Shown here piece after piece: positions 58,112-64,000 of a stretch of DNA of 64,000 nt. The stretch comes from Takakia lepidozioides. Its lineage: Eukaryota; Plantae; Bryophyta. The DNA lies in contig CM060734.1 in the NCBI GenBank assembly GCA_030704615.1, positions 58,962,001-59,026,000 of the forward strand, read 5' to 3'. Made by a program: the position numbers and the translations under genes. Each line of letters starts with the position of its first letter. The first letter of the stretch is position 1. The notes beneath the pieces were generated by a model, which saw only the letters and a list, made by a program, of their open reading frames with translations, ran no database searches and was not told the DNA's origin.

Positions 58112-60645
58112 CGCTATGATATGTGCCTCTCAATCTCTTTCTTCACCTCAATCACGTCTGAATCAAAATCTCTCAACAAAACCTGCTCCGTAACTGTACC
58201 CCCTATGAAGGCCTGAAATAACCTCTCTGTTAGAGTGCTTGAACCTTGCACGAGCCTGGCAAGAGGCTCAAAGCACGGGAATGAAGGGGCAAGATCAGAT
58301 AAAAGAGAGAATTAACTACCACAAACCCGTCAAACAAAAACCAACCCTCAAACCAACCACAGCTGGTGGATTGTTGAGCCCGTCCAAATCTTCAAGCCAC
58401 GCCTAACGAAAGATCGACGAGATGTAAAGGTAAGACATAATCCCCTGACCCAATGCCACAATTGCAAAACCAGAGAGCACCCACAACGCCTAAATGCTTG
58501 CCTCGATCACCTCTCGTCCTCTTACAAACACCCAGACGCTTGGAGGAGCCTGGCTATGGACTCAAACAACAGGTTGTCACCGGATCAGATCGGAGCAAAC
58601 CGCATCACACCAACAAGCTCCTCAAACGCTTCCCGACTAAAACCATACCCTCAAACCAACCACAGATGGTTGATCCTTGGGCCCGCCCCAAAGGCTCAAA
58701 CCATGGCTGATGCAAGGAGGAGGAGAACCATAAATCGGCAACCCAATGATTGCAAATACAACAGCTTGTTTGCCTCTCGAACTAATACCTACCACAACTG
58801 GGCTCTTACTGAACCCAAAGATTTGACAGCGCGACTGAGCAAACCCACAAACGCACTTCTCTTCTCTGTATTACACCGCTTCCAATTCAAAGGCCTAGAT
58901 ACAGGGAGCCATGCTCTCAAGAACCAAGGAAACTTGGAGCGCTTCCCTTGCGAGGGAAACACGTTACTGCGATCCTCGACATCGCCCCATCCCATCCCAT
59001 CCCATCCCATCCCTCTGCAACCACCGCACTCTGCGTTGTCGCTGTAAATGCTGTAAATGTCGATGTAAAAACTGAACACCTATGTTAGATTCCCTGGCCG
59101 GCCTTATTCGACATTGATGGATGGAGTGACTGGCAGTTAACGTGGAGATCTATCAGTGTAGTGCTGTCTCATTCCAAGAGCTCGATCAGGATTAGCTTAC
59201 TCGCTGAATGAGACGAACTGCGATGATCAGACGCTTAGATCAGGAATTCCGGTGTCTGAATGCCATTGGGCACCCTTGTTTAGGCTGCCCGACTGATAAG
59301 GGCCTTGTGTGCCAATGTGGGTTCAAAGCCAAATCGGTGTATGTTGGATGTCAAGCAGTATTACAATAAAAGGGGTTGGCCGATCACCTGATGTGTGAGT
59401 ACATGGAGGTTTTCGAGTCCCTCTGGGAGAAAAACAATCGACAAACAAATATTTCATTAGTTTTGTACAAATAGATAGATCCAGATGAGGGCATGCCATG
59501 AGGGCGGAGGTGGGCCAGTACACTAAAAGGTAGGCGGTTTCGATGGCCGGGTATGTCCCGGTGCTCATGATTGGATCTCAGTCTGCATCATGTCCTTGTT
59601 ATTGTGTTCTTGATTGATCTCGATACTTAATTTCTCCTTCAGTCTGTGGAAACGTCTGGGCTGCGAGGGCTGTGAACCTTGCGTAAATTTTGGTAGCCTT
59701 GTCATTTTCTGGGGTTTTGCTGCTCGTGGATTTGATATTGACTTTGATATTGGCAATGTTCGCTTGATATTGACTTTCCCTGTTCTCATCTACCTCGAAA
59801 CTTGGTACATTCTTTAAGTGCAGTCTTGTCGCTGAAGTTGGTTACTGGAGAAGCATTGTCATCTTTGTCTACTATGTCAAGGTGTTTCGATCACTGTGGA
59901 GAATTTTCTCAGGGGGATCGATATCTCGTCCAATTCCAAGGTAGCGCAAAATACACGAGATTTGATGTTTCGACTGAGAAGCCTTGCGTTGCCTGGTTTA
60001 CTGATACATCTGGACACTTGCGTGGTAGAGATATCCCTCTCGATTCCTTAAATTTCAGTTTTTTCCAAGTTCTTGGAACTTTGACATTCCAAGTGTGACG
60101 ACATTTTCTTTCTAATGCCTACAGGCCCTATTGAGCTCTTCTTGTTGCCTCACAGTACTTCTTACGTCACTCGACGAGATTCTTTGGACACCATCGGGGG
60201 CCATATAATTTTTTGATAGACCTGAGTCTCAGCCTCTGCCACTTATTTATGGAGCTTCGATCTCTGGAGTTCAGTGTGTAGTAATACAATGGCCTTATCT
60301 GAATGTAGTTCCATTCATTTACTAGCTTCTAGGTATCTTTTGGGAGCAACCTTTTTTTTACAGAATAGAGATTATCCATTGGGATCACCAGTGCCTAGAG
60401 ACTGCAGTTTGGTTCTAGATGCAATAAACTTTTGTCACAAAGAAATGAACCAATGCTCATACCCGGGCAGAGCGATGTACTGTATCCAGAGGCTGCAAGC
60501 TGAAAAGAATATGCTTTCTTCCACGTTTGCTATATCTCTGAACAATTTGATGCATGGTGAGCTGAGGTGGTAAACCTTGAGCAGAATTGAATTGGGTGAG
60601 GGCTGCATTGGCTTATACAATTAATGACCTCGCAAAGGCAACGTC

Positions 60646-63600
60646 ATGCATCCGATCAACCCAGACAAGCCAGCAGGGACAGTAAGTCAATCCTCTTCTA
60701 TGCCACCATTGATCGATTTTGGAGATGTTGACAACACCTCATTTGGTTCTCCACTCCTTAATGGTACTACAGGTTTGGGCCATCTCTTGGAGGGCTCAAC
60801 CTCCAAGGAGCCTGATTCACAAGGCTCGCTTGGGGACTTCTCACCATCTATGGTCAGTTTGAGCAGTGTTTCACACTCTCATTTTTCTTATGGTGCAGCT
60901 GGCTTTGATTTACTCACGGGTGTGTTTCCTCCAGCGAGTCCTCCCTCTGCTGCTCCTGGCCCCCTCCCAGTCTCTTCTCATCACACAGATTTGTTGACAG
61001 GATCTGGGTATGTGAACTTTAGTCCTTCTGAAAATCTCTCTTGTTCAAGTGCAAGTAACCAGTTGGATGGAGTTCCCCCTTTTTCTACCCCATGGATGGA
61101 ACCCTCCTTCCATGCATTAGTGGAGATGCCAGTGTACCCCGTCGCACACCCTTCACATTTGGGGGAGTCTGCATTTGCTCATGCCTTTTCCCCAGTGTCA
61201 ATCTCCACTGCACATCAACAAATCCCAGGGCGTCCAGCAAGCACAAGCAACAAGTCCAGCAGCAGCAGTGAACACGCAGGGAAGGAGGCTGTAGGGCGAG
61301 GGGGCAGTGGAGAAAGACTGCTGAGCATGCAACCTTCAAGGGTTGAAAATTTGGTTGTGAATGAGTATCCAGGAGCTGCAGTGGTGTCTGCCAAGTTGGC
61401 CTCTGCAGTTACATTCTATGAAAATGAGCTTTCTGAAAGTACCAAAACCTCTCCAGAGCCGAAGGTGGAGGTAGCTGGCCGACAGTGGGTTCCTCCACCC
61501 CATCAGCCTGCACTGCCCACTCCCAGCTTAAGACAGCCCTTCAAAGACAATGTGATCAACACAGATTCCAAACAGTTGTCTGATGGAAGACGATCTTCTG
61601 ATGATTATCTTGCATCCGGGGGAGGGAGGGGAGTGTACAGAGCACCCTACAGGGGCATTGTTCAACCATGCCACCCAATATCTCTGGAGCTTCGACCCCA
61701 TCTTTTGAGGGAACCTCAGACAAGTGAGGCAACAGGAACAATTATTTGCACCGAGACCTCCTTGTGGATGGCCTCTGAAGTTGGGATTCGGGTATGGGAT
61801 ATTGGGAGTGTGACAGGACAGTGCAGTGTCGGCACGAGCAATATGATTGGAGATGAAGATGCTGCTGCTTACTGTTTCCTTGCTGTTCATGGGTCGCCTA
61901 CTTTGTGCTTGGCGGTGGATACTGCCAACCAGATTGTATGGAGTGGGCACAGAGATGGCAAGTTGAGGGCTTGGCGAATGCAGGTTGGGGCTGGCGATCC
62001 TGGAAAGCGGGATGCCGACTATGCGACTCTTTCTTGGCAGGGGCATCGGACCCCTGTGACTGCAATTGCTGTCACTTCCTATGGTGGGTCTGGAAGCTTT
62101 GAACTATCTGTTTGATTATCCTATAGGACTGTAACCTGGGAAGTGTGATGAGTCTCTTTTCATGTTTATCTTTCAAAGCTTATCACACATTTTTGTTTCC
62201 AGGTGAATTATGGACAGGATCAGAAAGTGGTTCAATGAAGGCCTGGCCGTGGGAAGTTGTATCACGTGGCCTTGTAAGTGGGCCAGAAGGGGACCATACA
62301 ATGGCTGCCTTTATGGCTAGATCATCTGTGCTGCTGAGGGGGCCAATGACTGGCTCATCTCACACTGAAGTACGGATTCTTGTGGTTGAGCATTCAGCTG
62401 GACGCATTTGGGCTGGGGGGCTTTATCACATTGCATTATGGTATACCTCTCCTCAAATCCCTGTCTATCTGGGTATACTCTTGTTCTGATTTAATGTCAA
62501 CCCACTCAGAGCTTATCACTAACCTAGGCAGAGTTTCATGTTAGGTCATCTTGATCAAAGCATGACAACTGGGAGTGAGTTGCATCTCTCTCTCCCTCTC
62601 TAAGGAGGACGGTTTTTCCGTCTATATAGATCATCCCCTTCTTATAAGGCAATTTACGGACGTGGTCATCTCCTACACCATTTCCATACCTTGTATTACA
62701 GGGATGCAAGGACAAGGGAGGTCATGAAGGTGTTGGGCGCAATTGTGCTTTCAGAGCCCAGTTCTGGAAGCCAACAGTTTTCACAGGGGACCGAACTTCT
62801 TTTGGAGGAAGATGGCCGAGCTGGATATGCAAAAGTGTCAAAAAAGGACAAGAGCCCTGCGAGCTGGCTGCAACGTTCTAAGAATGCTGTTATGGGGGCA
62901 GCTGAAGCTGTCCGTCGTGCAGCGGATAGAGTGGGGCAAGTCTCAGAGGAGAGTAGACGATTGGAGGCCCTTGTGGCAGCAACTGATGGAACAGTTTGGA
63001 GTGGGTTAAGTAACGGTCTACTTGTCCAGTGGAATGGAGAGGGCACTCGCATCAAGGAGTTGCATCTGCCACATGTGGCATCGGCAATTAAGTGCATGGT
63101 AGCTGTTGGAAATCGTCTGTGGGTTGGTTATGCCAATGGTAGAGTTCAGGTATTTGGTCAGTTCTTCTTTCTCTCTCTTGCTCTCCGTATGCTTAGCTTC
63201 TCACACTGCTGTGTGACTGCAGAGTCAACCACACCCAGCTGGACACATCTGTGTCAGGTAGAAGGCCACTGTAGCAATGCAGACATCTAGATCGCACTTG
63301 CTGCAATGATGTCAATGCCAGCATTAAGTCAACCTTAAATCCCCTGTAGTCAGCTGTATGCAAGGGTTGGTAGTTTTGTGGGTACAGTCTCTAGGGCAAT
63401 CTTGAGGGCATACCATAGCCAACCGCCGCACGGAAGGGTCAAGACCCTTTCACCGCTGTTGTCTGTTCCATCCAACTGAGTGTGCCGTCCAATCATCAAA
63501 TGCTTTTCTTCATTTGTCTATTTCTTCCTCTTGCATAGCTATTGAACTTCAATCACTCAAATTTTCTGGGTCACTTCTCTCTTCAGGTTAGTGACTTGTT

Positions 63601-64000
63601 CACGAATGGGAAGGACTGTCAGAGTCACAGTGTCTTGTTTATTTGTTCCACAATAGTCAAGAGAAAGATTTATGACTCGTGAAAGACGGCTGTAGGCAGG
63701 TGAGGCATTTCTCATATGTAATCTTTGACCAAGAGTTCGCTTTGCATAACCTCAACCCTCATTTTACAAAGTTTGCCAAGGACTATCAGACTGATGAGAA
63801 AAACCTTCAATAGATACACCGAAGTTGAAAACACGTCGAAAAGTGCGCAGGTTGTCAATTGCAGTGGTGGTTCACTGGGAGCATGGCGTGCCCATCATTC
63901 ACCTTTGGTCCAGATGGCAAGAGGTGGAAACTTTGTGTTCACACTGGCAGTGAATGGGGGGATTCGTGGTTGGCATGTTGCATCCCCGAGCCCACTTGAC
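60646..64000 (+). CDS. WD40-containing type II inositol polyphosphate 5-phosphatase (5PTase12/13/14/FRA3-like), 5' part; exons 60646-62083, 62203-62440, 62702-63149, 63851->64000
   Basis: LELRPHLLRE, GDEDAA, SPTLCL..VWSGHRDGK, SWQGHR..TSYG|ELWTGSE, RLWVGY, GGIRGW..SPSPLD. Confidence 0.9.

Noticed and set aside
58400-60600. Short ORFs between ATI and the 5-phosphatase
   Set aside because: No recognisable motifs; consistent with promoter, UTR and intron sequence including a (CCCAT)n microsatellite.

Overview
Intron-containing land-plant genomic DNA, probably a moss or other bryophyte (inferred from a canonical DYW editing factor and moss-type TE cargo; species not determinable). Three zones. 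(1) 0.96-12.4 kb: a head-to-head inverted duplication of a PLS-PPR/DYW C-to-U editing gene. Its spliced 5' exons encode tandem OSB-type 'PDF' motifs. The left copy has an intact 978-aa PPR-DYW exon; the right copy is frameshifted. (2) 12.4-54.4 kb: a nested TE block. A LINE contains a Ty3 element, split by a ~34-kb Sola/DUF7869-like DNA transposon (17692-52108, TSD TATT). That element contains a second Ty3/gypsy with a DNMT3-like C5-methyltransferase and a PHD finger, itself interrupted by an 11.2-kb Mutator-like element (30819-42067, TSD GCAGATGAA). Each of the two unrelated DNA transposons carries a spliced ParB/Srx-like gene divergent from its transposase, with an amino-methyltransferase-like domain (fused in the MULE, inferred in the Sola-like element). 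Each also carries its own dispersed palindrome family, suggesting a transposon-borne ParB/parS-like system. (3) 56-64 kb: host genes, an ATG8-interacting (ATI-like) gene and a WD40-type inositol polyphosphate 5-phosphatase, divergently arranged. All calls come from motif recognition by eye; no searches were run.
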